Positions 51,949 to 60,733 of a stretch of 64,000 nucleotides of DNA are shown here, piece after piece. Within the stretch, counting starts at the first letter, position 1. Each line of letters starts with the position of its first letter. The notes beneath the pieces were generated by a model that was not told the origin of the DNA, ran no database searches, and saw nothing but the letters and a program-made list of their open reading frames with translations. The stretch lies in the NCBI GenBank assembly GCA_034679465.1, contig JAXDAV010000026.1, positions 64,239 to 128,238 on the forward strand, given 5' to 3'. The translations under genes were made by a program, and so were the position numbers. Source of the stretch: Candidatus Aminicenantes bacterium (GTDB lineage: Bacteria; Acidobacteriota; Aminicenantia; Aminicenantales; Saccharicenantaceae).

Positions 51949-53610
51949 ATGAGAGATCCGAAAGGCCCCGAACGGACGGCCCGCGAGGAGGAGCCGGTCG
52001 AGACGAACGGCCGCGGGGAGACGTACGATCCCCTGGACATGGGGAATTACCGGATCGAGAAGCTCCCCAAGCGGTCCAAGTCGAGGTTCGAAAAGGGCCT
52101 GGCCCTGGCCGGTCCGCCGCTGGCCCTGATCGCCTTCGTCGTCCTGGGGTTCGTCGTCAAGCTGCCCTTCCTGGAGCAGATCGACGCGACCCGCCTGGTC
52201 GACGCCTCGGCCAAGAAGGCCTTCGGCGCCATCGGGCCGGAGGCGTTCATCCGCAGCAATTACCTGATGCTGGCCATCTTCGCGGCGGCCATCATCCTCT
52301 GGCTGACCGAAGCCATCCCGAATTACCTGACCTCGCTCATCCTGATCATCGGCCTGGTGCTCTCGGGGGTGCTGTCCGAGAAGGAGGCCTATGCCCAGCT
52401 CGGCCACCCCGTGATGTGGCTCAACATCATGTCGTTCGTCCTGGCCAGCATGCTGGTCAAGACGGGGGTGGCCAAGCGGTTCGCCCTGTGGTTCATCCTC
52501 AGGTTCGGGAAGAACGCCTCCCGCATCTTCCTCAGCTTCATCGTCATCAATCTGGTCCTGTCGGCGTTCATCTCGGCCACGACCGCCAAAGCGGCGATCC
52601 TCCTGCCGATCTTCATGGTCATCGCGGCCATCTACGGCGCCCGGAGCGGCGAGGGCAAGACGAACTTCGGCCGCAGCATCGTCCTGCAGAACCTGCTCAA
52701 CATCAACATCGGCGCCGGGGCCTTCGTCACAGGCTCGGGGGCCAATCTCCTGGCCGCGGCCCTGATCGGCGGCGCGATCGGGGGATCCGTCTTCTTTTCC
52801 GACTGGATGCAGGCCATGCTCCCCTTCGTGGCCGGACTGATGCTCATCGGCTATATCCTGGCCGTGAAGGCGTTCTTTCCCCTCGAGCCGGGCGAACGGG
52901 CGCCCCGGATCGAAGGCGGCATGGAGCGCCTGCGCCGGGAATTGCGCCTGATGGGAAAGCTCGACGCCCAGGAAGTGAAGGCCATCATCATCTTCGCCCT
53001 GATCCTGGGGTTCTGGGCCACGGACAGACTGCACGGCGTCAGCGCGACGGCCGTGGCGTTCGTGGGCGCGATCGTGGCCCTTCTGCCCGGCGTCGGCATC
53101 GTCAAGTGGAACGACGTGGACATCCCCTGGCACCTCATGCTCTTCTCCGCGGGGGCCTATGCCCTGGGCGCCGGCCTGGCCGTCACCGACCTGCCCTCGA
53201 TCTCGGTGAGCGCGTTCTTCGACCACCTCGGCATCGGCGCCGGGACCCCGTTCTGGGTGCTCTACCTCCTGCTGACCGGGGTGATGATCTTCAGCGCGCT
53301 GATCTTCCAGTCGAAGACCATGCGGGCCATGATCTTCATCCCCATCGCCATCGGCGTGGCCCACCGCTTCGGCTATCCGGTGATCAGCCTGGCCCTGCCG
53401 ACGGCCTTCATGATCGAGCACGTCTATGTCCTGCCCTTCAACAGCAAGCCCGCCGCCCTGCTCTACGAGACGGAGATGTACAGCTACGGCGACGCGTTCA
53501 AGTACGGCATCGTGATGATGTCCATCGCCTGGCTGCTCAACATCGTGCTCGGCGAGACGTGGTTCCGCCTCCTGGGCATCACCCCGAACGGCGTCTTCGG
53601 GCTGTTCTGA
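51949..53610 (+). CDS. DASS/SLC13-family anion:sodium symporter-like permease
   Basis: ATG 51949 with AAGGAGA RBS. A charged cytoplasmic N-terminus is followed by a multi-TM core with family-like segments LWLTEAIPNYLTSLILI and FISATTAKAAILLPIF, plus a second inverted half (YVLPFNSKPAALLYE). Confidence 0.75.
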   Translation: MRDPKGPERTAREEEPVETNGRGETYDPLDMGNYRIEKLPKRSKSRFEKGLALAGPPLALIAFVVLGFVVKLPFLEQIDATRLVDASAKKAFGAIGPEAFIRSNYLMLAIFAAAIILWLTEAIPNYLTSLILIIGLVLSGVLSEKEAYAQLGHPVMWLNIMSFVLASMLVKTGVAKRFALWFILRFGKNASRIFLSFIVINLVLSAFISATTAKAAILLPIFMVIAAIYGARSGEGKTNFGRSIVLQNLLNINIGAGAFVTGSGANLLAAALIGGAIGGSVFFSDWMQAMLPFVAGLMLIGYILAVKAFFPLEPGERAPRIEGGMERLRRELRLMGKLDAQEVKAIIIFALILGFWATDRLHGVSATAVAFVGAIVALLPGVGIVKWNDVDIPWHLMLFSAGAYALGAGLAVTDLPSISVSAFFDHLGIGAGTPFWVLYLLLTGVMIFSALIFQSKTMRAMIFIPIAIGVAHRFGYPVISLALPTAFMIEHVYVLPFNSKPAALLYETEMYSYGDAFKYGIVMMSIAWLLNIVLGETWFRLLGITPNGVFGLF

Positions 53611-53777
53611 GATAATCTCCCGGCGGGCCGATAGGCTCTCTCGCGGAATGGACGGAAGAAAACCGGACATCCGCGCGTCCAAACACAAAGAGCAGGATGT
53701 TCAGCCGACCTGGATCCTTCATAAAAACGCCGATCGCTTCAGACCGACCGATCTTATGTTCGAGAGGAGCCCCGCCC

Positions 53778-55955
53778 ATGAGAACCGGACGCTTTTTCCT
53801 CGTGGTCTCTCTCCTGTCCCTGGCCGTATCCGTCCCGGCCCAGACGGGTCCGCCGCAGGACAGGCCGCAGACGCCGCAGCTCTCGGCGCCGCTGCGGGTC
53901 GCCCCGGCCGATCTGAGGCCTCTGCTCGCGCCGCCGCAGAGCGAGATGCGCCTCGTCGCCGACAGGTATGAGGCCGATCGCGACCAGCTGGCCAGGTTTT
54001 ATTACCTGGCCTCGCCGGTTCGCTTCGGGCGGCTCATGAGATTCGACCTGGATTGGGAGACCGCCTTGGCCGGGATCAAACCGGCTTCCCTGAAGGCCCA
54101 AGCCCGGAAAGACCTCAAAGTCCTCCGGGAGGCCATCCGGGCCAACATGGGACGGCTCGAGGCCGAAGCGGCGGCCGCCGCCCGGCTCGAGCCGCTGGTC
54201 CCCTTCGCGGCGGCCATCACCGGGCTCGAGGAAGCCCGGATGCGCATGGACACCCTGGATGCCCGTAAGGCGGCGGTCGTCCTGAGCGGGGTGATCGACG
54301 TCGCGGCCGAGGCCCGCTCGAGGCTGGAATCCCTCATGAGCGGGCCGGGCCCCGAGGCCGCGGCGCCCGGCCGGGATGTCGTCCTCCAAGCCGCCGAGGC
54401 CGTGAAGGACCTCCGGGCCGCCCTCAAGTCCTGGCACGCCTTTTATCATGAGTTCGACCCCCAGTTCGATTGGTGGCTGGCCCAACCCTACGGTCAGGCG
54501 GACAAGGTCCTCGAGGAGTACGCGGCCTTCCTGCGCGACAGGGTCGCCCCGGCCGTCGCCGCGGAAAAGGCACCGGCGCCGCCCGCGGTGCCCATCGAAG
54601 CGGCCGCCGCGCCGCCGTTTCCCCAGGTCCCGGACCTCGGGCGCCTGCTCGCCTTCCCCCAGGATGAAATGCGAGGCGTGGTGGAGCGCTTCCGGGGCGG
54701 CCGGGGCCGCGGCGTCGGAGGCCGGGGCGGGGCCGGCGCGTCCGACCCCCCCGACAAGACCTCCCTGTCCGGCTGGCTGGCCGCCCTGAAGAAGCTCGAT
54801 TTCGAAAAGCTCAGCCGGCCGGCCCAGATCAGCTATCTCTATCTTCGGAACAGCCTGGAAGTCCGGCATCGGCGCGCGGAGCTCCCTCCCGGGCCCGAAG
54901 TCCCGCAGAAGGCCGACGCCAGCGGGATCGCCGGACGGCCTATCGGCCGCGAGGCGCTGGCGCTCAGCCTGGCCGAGGAGCTCATTCCCTACGCGCCCGA
55001 GGAGCTCATCGCCGAGGCCTACCGGCAGTTCGCCTGGTGCGAGGCGGAGATGAAACGGGCGGCGGCCGAGATGGGGCTCGGCGACGACTGGAAGGGGGCC
55101 GTGGAGACGATCAAGGAAGCGCACGCCGCGCCCGGCGGTCAGCCGGACGTGGTGCGCGACCTGATCTTGGGGGCCGCCGACTACCTGCGCGGGCAGGACC
55201 TTATCACCGTGCCCGAGATCGAGCGGGAGACGCTTCGCATGGAGATGATGTCGGCCCGCCGGCAGCTGGTCAATCCCTTCTTCACCGGCGGGGCCGTCAT
55301 CAGCGTCTCTTTCCCCACGAGCGCCATGACCACGAAGCAGAAGCTCGAGAGCCTGCGCGGCAACAACATCGCCTTCTCTCACGCCACGGCCTTCCACGAG
55401 ATGATCCCGGGCCACAACATGCAGTTCTACATGGCCCGCCGCTTCGGGAGCCTCGTGTCCGACCTCAATACGTCGTTCTGGCTCGAAGGCTGGCCCGTCT
55501 ATTGGGAAACCCTGCTCTACGACCTCGGATTCGACGCCACGCCCGAAGAGAGGGTCGGCGCCCTGTTCTGGCGCATGCACCGCTGCGCCCGCATCGTCTT
55601 CTCGCTCAAGTTCCATCTCGGCGAATGGTCGCCGCAGGAATGCATCGATTATCTGGTCGGGACGGTCGGCCACGAGCGGGACAACGCCACGGCCGAGGTC
55701 CGGCGCTCGTTCGCGGGCGGATACGGGCCGCTCTACCAGGCTGCCTATCTCGTCGGGGCGCTCCAGATGCGCGCCCTCAAAGCGGAGCTCGTGGATTCCG
55801 GCCGGATGGGTCTCAAGGAGTTCCACGACGCCGTGATCGAGCGGGGCAGTCTGCCCATCGCCCTGCTGCGGCTGTGGTTGGCCGGCGGGAAACTGCGGGC
55901 CGACATGCCCCTCGACTGGAGGTTCCTCGGCCGGGCGGCGGTCCCCGGGGAATGA
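53778..55955 (+). CDS. Secreted DUF885-family protein (putative metallopeptidase fold)
   Basis: ATG 53778 with GAGAGGAG RBS and a signal peptide. Hallmark DUF885 motif ATAFHEMIPGHNMQFY and C-terminal GEWSPQECIDYL...YQAAYLVGALQMRAL. Confidence 0.8.
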   Translation: MRTGRFFLVVSLLSLAVSVPAQTGPPQDRPQTPQLSAPLRVAPADLRPLLAPPQSEMRLVADRYEADRDQLARFYYLASPVRFGRLMRFDLDWETALAGIKPASLKAQARKDLKVLREAIRANMGRLEAEAAAAARLEPLVPFAAAITGLEEARMRMDTLDARKAAVVLSGVIDVAAEARSRLESLMSGPGPEAAAPGRDVVLQAAEAVKDLRAALKSWHAFYHEFDPQFDWWLAQPYGQADKVLEEYAAFLRDRVAPAVAAEKAPAPPAVPIEAAAAPPFPQVPDLGRLLAFPQDEMRGVVERFRGGRGRGVGGRGGAGASDPPDKTSLSGWLAALKKLDFEKLSRPAQISYLYLRNSLEVRHRRAELPPGPEVPQKADASGIAGRPIGREALALSLAEELIPYAPEELIAEAYRQFAWCEAEMKRAAAEMGLGDDWKGAVETIKEAHAAPGGQPDVVRDLILGAADYLRGQDLITVPEIERETLRMEMMSARRQLVNPFFTGGAVISVSFPTSAMTTKQKLESLRGNNIAFSHATAFHEMIPGHNMQFYMARRFGSLVSDLNTSFWLEGWPVYWETLLYDLGFDATPEERVGALFWRMHRCARIVFSLKFHLGEWSPQECIDYLVGTVGHERDNATAEVRRSFAGGYGPLYQAAYLVGALQMRALKAELVDSGRMGLKEFHDAVIERGSLPIALLRLWLAGGKLRADMPLDWRFLGRAAVPGE

Positions 55956-56030
55956 CCGGAGAAGGCCAGCGCCGGGCCCGTCAGCGGCATCTCCGGGCCG
56001 CGGGATCGCGCAAGTCGCCGAAAAGAAGGG

Positions 56031-56105
56031 TGGTGGGCGATAGAGGACTTGAACCTCTGACTTCTACCGTGTGAAGGTAGCACTCTACCGCTGAGTTAAT
56101 CGCCC
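56031..56105 (-). tRNA. tRNA-Val (anticodon CAC), CCA encoded
   Basis: Reverse complement GGGCGAT-TA-ACTC-AGCGGTA-GAGT-G-CTACC-TTCACAC-GGTAG-AAGTC-AGAGG-TTCAAGT-CCTCT-ATCGCCC-A-CCA folds as a perfect 75-nt cloverleaf (7/4/5/5-bp stems). Confidence 0.95.
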
Positions 56106-56114
56106 CAGGCCGAC

Positions 56115-56142
56115 ATTTTACCGTATCCCCGGAGGTTGTCAA
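56115..56142 (-). promoter_or_regulatory. Sigma70 promoter of tRNA-Val
   Basis: On the minus strand: TTGACA (rc of 56137-56142), a 16-nt spacer, then TAAAAT (rc of 56115-56120). It ends 9 nt before the mature tRNA 5' end. Confidence 0.6.
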
Positions 56143-56171
56143 TCTCGCCGGCGGGGGCGGGCGCGGGCTCG

Positions 56172-56984
56172 CTACACGGCTTTTCTCGGCGGCGCCCCCG
56201 TCCTGGCGCGGATGGCCCGGCTGCGTCCGACGGCGCGGACGGCGGCCACGGTGAGCGGACAGCGCATCAGGAAGGAGACCGCCTTGTTTTCCCAGCCGGG
56301 GATGCAGATGCCGCCGCGGCCGAGCCGGCGCAGGGAGGTCCGGACGACGTATTCCGCCGTCCTCCAGAACATCCCGGGGACGCCCGAAAGCTTGATGTCG
56401 GCGGCCCGGTGGAATTCCGTGCGGGTCAAACCGGGGCAGAGGGCCTGGACGACGACGCTCTTGGACCGCAGCTCGCCGCCGAGGTTCTGCGAGAACATCA
56501 CCAGGAACGATTTTGTGCCGCTGTACATCGCTCCCGAGAAGGGTGAGAAGGCGGCGACGGAGGAGACGTTGATGACGGCCCCCCGGCCGCGGTCGATCAT
56601 TCCCGGCAGGGCGGCCCTGGTCAGACGCACCGTCGCCTCGACGTGGACGCGGACCATGTTCAGGTGATCGTCCGTCCCGCCCTTGACGAAGCCCGTCCTG
56701 CCGCCGAACCCGGCGTTGTTGACGAGGAGGTCGAGGTCGCCGCGGCCGGAGACGGCGCGCTCGGCCTCTGCCAGCCCCTCTTCGGTCGACAGATCGGCCC
56801 GGAGGACCTCGACCGCCAGGCCGTGCCTGGCGCGGAGGTCCCGGGCCAGCTCCTCGAGCCGGTCCAGGCGCCTGGCGACGAGGACGAGGCCCGTCCCGGC
56901 CGCGGCCAGCTGACGGGCGAACTCCGCCCCCAGGCCGGCCGAGGCGCCGGTGATCAGGGCGGTCCGGAGCGGGGTCGGCGGCAT
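56172..56984 (-). CDS. Short-chain dehydrogenase/reductase (SDR)
   Basis: TALITGASAGLG (TGxxxGxG), NNAG, and the catalytic YSGTKSF (YxxxK). Confidence 0.85.
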   Translation of the reverse strand: MPPTPLRTALITGASAGLGAEFARQLAAAGTGLVLVARRLDRLEELARDLRARHGLAVEVLRADLSTEEGLAEAERAVSGRGDLDLLVNNAGFGGRTGFVKGGTDDHLNMVRVHVEATVRLTRAALPGMIDRGRGAVINVSSVAAFSPFSGAMYSGTKSFLVMFSQNLGGELRSKSVVVQALCPGLTRTEFHRAADIKLSGVPGMFWRTAEYVVRTSLRRLGRGGICIPGWENKAVSFLMRCPLTVAAVRAVGRSRAIRARTGAPPRKAV

Positions 56985-57067
56985 CGGCTTCCTCCGCCCG
57001 TCAGTCTACGGGAATGGGCGCCCCATTTCAATTGACATCGCCCCCTGTCCCTATGATAATAAAGGCA

Positions 57068-58621
57068 ATGGCCATCACCCGCTGTCCCTATTGTCACGCC
57101 ATCACCGACGAAAACGACAAGTACTGCAACAACTGCGGCACCCAGCTCCTTTTCACCGAGGACGAAGAGATCGAAGAGGAGATCCCCGGCGAGAAGATCA
57201 TCGACGCGGAGGTCGAGGAGAAGGACTATACCGTCGATGAGCCCGAAGGCGTGAAGCGCCCGGCCCCGGTCAAGGACCTCGACCGCGAGATCGACGAGGA
57301 GCTCGAGGAGGAGATCCCCGAAGAGACCGAGGAGATGGACCTCGAAGAGGTCATCCTCGTTGACGGGATCGAGGCCTCCGAAGCGAAGGGGCCTGAGGAT
57401 TCGAGATCTCTCGATAAGGAAGAGACGGCCGATCTCAAGGAAGAGGAGCCGGGAACCCCGGAAGAAGAAGATCAGGAAGACGGGGACAAAGAGGAAGACG
57501 AAAAGCAAGAAGAAGGGGAAGACGGAGACGAGGACGAGGAAGAAGACGGGCTGACGGGCGAGATCGATCTAGAAGAGGAGATCGAGGAGGAGCCCGTTCC
57601 GGCATGCAGGATCGGGGCGGAGGACGACACCCGGGAATACACGGTGGTCCCGGCGCCCGAGCCGCCGCCCGACTCCCCGGCCGAACCCGCCGTCGAGTAT
57701 CTCTCGAAGGAAGGGGCCCCCGAAGAGGCCGTGACGGCCGGCCAGGCCGGACTGCGCCCGGCCACGTTCGACACCCAGGAGCTCGAGGACCTTGGCAAGA
57801 CCGTCGATCTGAGCGGCGAAAGGGTCGACAAGTTCATCGAGGTCATGGCCGACAAAGCGGCCGTGACCCCCGCCGCGCCCCTGGAGCCGCCGGTCGAGGC
57901 GCCCCCTCCCGCCAAGCCACCCGAACCTTCGACGGGAAGTCTTCCCCCCTGGGCCAGCACGATGAGGGGAGCGCCGGTCTTTCCGGAAGATACCGGCCCC
58001 GTCGAAACGCGAAAGCTCCGGGGCGACGAGCCCGCGGCCCCGGATACGGATGAGGAGATCGAGATCTTCCCGCGGCGCCGGGCCCCGGACTCGACCATCG
58101 GGCTTCCGGAGCAGGTGAGCCAGGCCCCGCTCCCATTCGGGACCCCTGGCACGGGAACGGAAGAAGCGGAGGAGGAGTCGGAGGAGACGGCGGAGGGCGA
58201 GGGAGAAGAACTCCCGGACCGGCCGGCCGCGGGCTCGACCCCGGAGCCCGCCATCCTGACAGGCGGCGAGGTCCGGCCTGTCCGCGAACCGATCCTGCCC
58301 GTCCGTGAGGCTCAGGCGGCGGCCCCGGCGCACCGGGGCATCGAACCCGCCGCTGAGATCGAAGAGCCCGCGCCGCGGCCGCCTTTCAGCTTTTCGGTCT
58401 TTGTCAAATCCAAGACGTTCGATATCCTCTTTGTCGGGCTTTTCTGGCTCGTCGCCCTCTGGCTCGCCGCCTCTTCCATGGGGCTGACCCTGTTCGACAT
58501 CCTGGGCGCGGTGTCCGGAGCCATGCTCATGCTCTATGCCGTGCTCGTCTTCCTCTATTTCTTCCTGTTCAAGTTCTTCCTGGGAGAGACGCTCGGCGAC
58601 AGGCTCTTCCGCCCTCGGTAA
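57068..58621 (+). CDS. Zinc-ribbon / long acidic disordered region / C-terminal RDD-family membrane domain protein
   Basis: N-terminal CPYCHAITDENDKYCNNCG (CxxC-x10-CxxC). About 400 aa of Glu/Asp/Pro-rich low complexity. C-terminal TM pair with an RDD-like ending (FDILFVGLFWLVALWLAA...FFLGETLGDRLF). The start is 57068 or 57053. Confidence 0.7.
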   Translation: MAITRCPYCHAITDENDKYCNNCGTQLLFTEDEEIEEEIPGEKIIDAEVEEKDYTVDEPEGVKRPAPVKDLDREIDEELEEEIPEETEEMDLEEVILVDGIEASEAKGPEDSRSLDKEETADLKEEEPGTPEEEDQEDGDKEEDEKQEEGEDGDEDEEEDGLTGEIDLEEEIEEEPVPACRIGAEDDTREYTVVPAPEPPPDSPAEPAVEYLSKEGAPEEAVTAGQAGLRPATFDTQELEDLGKTVDLSGERVDKFIEVMADKAAVTPAAPLEPPVEAPPPAKPPEPSTGSLPPWASTMRGAPVFPEDTGPVETRKLRGDEPAAPDTDEEIEIFPRRRAPDSTIGLPEQVSQAPLPFGTPGTGTEEAEEESEETAEGEGEELPDRPAAGSTPEPAILTGGEVRPVREPILPVREAQAAAPAHRGIEPAAEIEEPAPRPPFSFSVFVKSKTFDILFVGLFWLVALWLAASSMGLTLFDILGAVSGAMLMLYAVLVFLYFFLFKFFLGETLGDRLFRPR

Positions 58622-58628
58622 AAAAAAG

Positions 58629-58683
58629 GGGGACACAATACCATTTTCCGATTTATTAATTCGGAAAATGGTATTGTGTCCCC
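58629..58683. terminator. Bidirectional intrinsic terminator or long palindromic element between convergent genes
   Basis: Perfect 23-bp stem GGGGACACAATACCATTTTCCGA / TCGGAAAATGGTATTGTGTCCCC (58629-58651 pairs with 58661-58683). Flanked by A8 (58620-58627) on the left and an AT/T-rich tail on the right. Confidence 0.55.
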
Positions 58684-58761
58684 GAATTTAATTTTAATTT
58701 CATTACGGGGAGCGATAAATAGATTGCAGTCAAGAGCATATTGGACGCTCTGATTAATAAT

Positions 58762-59502
58762 TCAGATGCCGAGGCTGAGGCGCTCGGCCAGGGCCGGCGG
58801 GAGCTTTTCGTCGATGATCTTCCGTTTGGCCTCTTCGATGTCGTAGTCGACGCGGCTGAACTTGATCGTCCGGGCCTCGGAGTCGAAGATAGCGAACGCG
58901 GCCCGGGGATTGCGGTCGCGCGGCTGGCCGACCGAGCCGGGGTTGATGAGGTAGCGCACGCCCTTCTCGAGCTTGACCTCGTTCGAGTTGCCCTCGAGGA
59001 ACGTGCCTTCGACGTTGCCGTCCTTCTCGGTGTAGACGAAGGGGAAGTGGGTGTGGCCGAAGAAGCAGACGGGCGTCTGGATGTAGGAGAACGCCTCGGC
59101 CGCGTCGAATTCGCCGAAGATGTAATAGTCCTCGTCGAAGGGCGCGCCGTGGCAGATGGTGATCGAGTCCTGGACGACCTCGGGGCTCTGCTTCAGCCGG
59201 ACGAGGAAGTCGAGATGCTTCCGGGCGATGGTCTTTTTCGTCCAGAAGATGGCCGAGGCGGCGATGGGATTGAACGTCTGGACGGAGTCGAGTCCCGAGA
59301 CGGCCTTGTCGTGGTTGCCGCGGATGATGGACAGGGGCTTGAGGGTCAGGATCCGCTGGATGACCTCGTTCGGGGAGGCGCCGTAGCCGACGAGGTCGCC
59401 GAGGAAGATGTAGTGGTCGATTCTCTTCTTCTGGACGGCCTTGAGGACCGCGTGGAAGGCCTCCAGGTTGCCGTGGATATCGGTGAAGATCAGGTAGCGC
59501 AT
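58762..59502 (-). CDS. YfcE/MJ0936-type metallophosphoesterase
   Basis: ATG 59502 (MRYLIFTDIHGN). Motifs DIHGN, FLGDLVGYG, GNHD, CHGAP, GHTH. Overlaps the lipA 3' end by 13 nt. Confidence 0.8.
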   Translation of the reverse strand: MRYLIFTDIHGNLEAFHAVLKAVQKKRIDHYIFLGDLVGYGASPNEVIQRILTLKPLSIIRGNHDKAVSGLDSVQTFNPIAASAIFWTKKTIARKHLDFLVRLKQSPEVVQDSITICHGAPFDEDYYIFGEFDAAEAFSYIQTPVCFFGHTHFPFVYTEKDGNVEGTFLEGNSNEVKLEKGVRYLINPGSVGQPRDRNPRAAFAIFDSEARTIKFSRVDYDIEEAKRKIIDEKLPPALAERLSLGI

Positions 59503-60374
59503 GTGGCCTCGTTCCTGGCCCGGACCGCGTCGTAGAGCCGCCCGGCCTGGTAGGAGCTCCGGACGAGCGGTCCGGAGACGACTTCGAGGAAGCCCGCCCG
59601 GCGGGCGGCGGCGGCGAAGGCCTCGAACTCCTCGGGCGTGTAATATCTCGTGACGGGCGCGTGGCCGGCCGTGGGCTGGAGGTACTGCCCGACGGTCAGC
59701 AGGTCGCAACCGGCCCGGCGCAGGTCGTCGAACGTCCGCAGGACCCCGGCCTCGCTCTCGCCGAGCCCGATCATGAGGCCCGACTTGGTCAGGGCGCCCC
59801 GGGCCTTCGCGGCGGCCAGGACACCGAGCGAGCGGCGGTAGCGCTCCCGCGGCCGGCGGATCGACGGATAGAGCTCCTCCGTCGTCTCCAGATTATGGTT
59901 GAGGACGTCCGGCCCGGCGTCGAGGACCAGGCCGAGCGCCGCCTCGTCCCCGCCGAAATCCGGGATGAGGGCCTCGATCCGCGTCCCCGGGCTCCGGGCC
60001 CGGATCGCCCGGATGACGGCCGCGAAATGGGCCGCCCCGCCGTCCGGGAGGTCGTCCCGCGTCACCGACGTGATCACGGCGTGGGCCAGGCCGAGCGAGG
60101 CCACGGCGCCGGCGGCCTGACGCGGCTCCTCGGGGTCGGGGGCGAGGGGCGCCCCCTTGGCGACGGCGCAGAAGCCGCAGTCGCGGGTGCAGGTGTCGCC
60201 GAGGATGAGGAACGTGGCCGTGCGGCGCTCCCAGCACTCGCCGATGTTGGGGCAGCGGGCGCTCTGGCAGATCGTGTGCAGACGTCCGTTCTTGACGATC
60301 TCCGCGACACGGAAGAATTCGCCCTGGGACGGAAGCCGAACCTTCAGCCAGGCGGGTTTTTGGGTCGCCGTCAC
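59490..60374 (-). CDS. lipA: Lipoyl synthase
   Basis: PAWLKVRLP. The CxxxxCxxxxxC auxiliary cluster (CQSARCPNIGEC) and the radical-SAM motif CTRDCGFC. Also SGLMIGLGE. Confidence 0.95.
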   Translation of the reverse strand: MTATQKPAWLKVRLPSQGEFFRVAEIVKNGRLHTICQSARCPNIGECWERRTATFLILGDTCTRDCGFCAVAKGAPLAPDPEEPRQAAGAVASLGLAHAVITSVTRDDLPDGGAAHFAAVIRAIRARSPGTRIEALIPDFGGDEAALGLVLDAGPDVLNHNLETTEELYPSIRRPRERYRRSLGVLAAAKARGALTKSGLMIGLGESEAGVLRTFDDLRRAGCDLLTVGQYLQPTAGHAPVTRYYTPEEFEAFAAAARRAGFLEVVSGPLVRSSYQAGRLYDAVRARNEATCAT

Positions 60375-60460
60375 TCCCCCTTTCTCGCCACGGGCCCGGC
60401 CGTCCGGCTCAGCGGGCGTATCGGGTCGGGGCGATATGGGTCGGAAAGAGATGAGAGTTA

Positions 60461-60667
60461 TCAGTATTCGACGTCGCGCTCTCTCTTGATGCGCCGTCTC
60501 ATCCGCTTGCGCGCCTGGGCCTCCTTCATGCGGCGCTTCTCGCCGGGCTTGAAGTAAACCGAGTGCTTCTTGATCTCCTTGATGATCGCTTCCTGCTGGA
60601 CCTTCCTCTTGAACCGGCGCAGGGCGGACTCGAGATTTTCGCCTTCGTCAAGCTGTACAAAAGCCAA
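60461..60667 (-). CDS. rpsU: 30S ribosomal protein S21
   Basis: TTG start with GGAGG RBS. ESALRRFKRKVQQEAIIKEIKKHSVYFKPGEKRRMKEAQARKR is the canonical S21 sequence. Confidence 0.9.
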   Translation of the reverse strand: MAFVQLDEGENLESALRRFKRKVQQEAIIKEIKKHSVYFKPGEKRRMKEAQARKRMRRRIKRERDVEY

Positions 60668-60704
60668 AAACTCTCACCTCCTCACTGGGAAAAACTACCG
60701 CCGA

Positions 60705-60733
60705 GTTATACCCGATTGCCCCCCCAAAGTCAA
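60705..60733 (-). promoter_or_regulatory. Candidate sigma70 promoter of rpsU
   Basis: On the minus strand: TTGACT (rc of 60728-60733, overlapping the racemase stop), a 17-nt spacer, then TATAAC (rc of 60705-60710). Confidence 0.45.

Noticed and set aside
57150-57560. Highly repetitive GAG/GAA/GAC-rich DNA, checked as a possible CRISPR or satellite repeat.
   Set aside because: There is no fixed-length repeat/spacer periodicity. It is the codon-level consequence of the Glu/Asp-rich disordered region of the zinc-ribbon/RDD protein.
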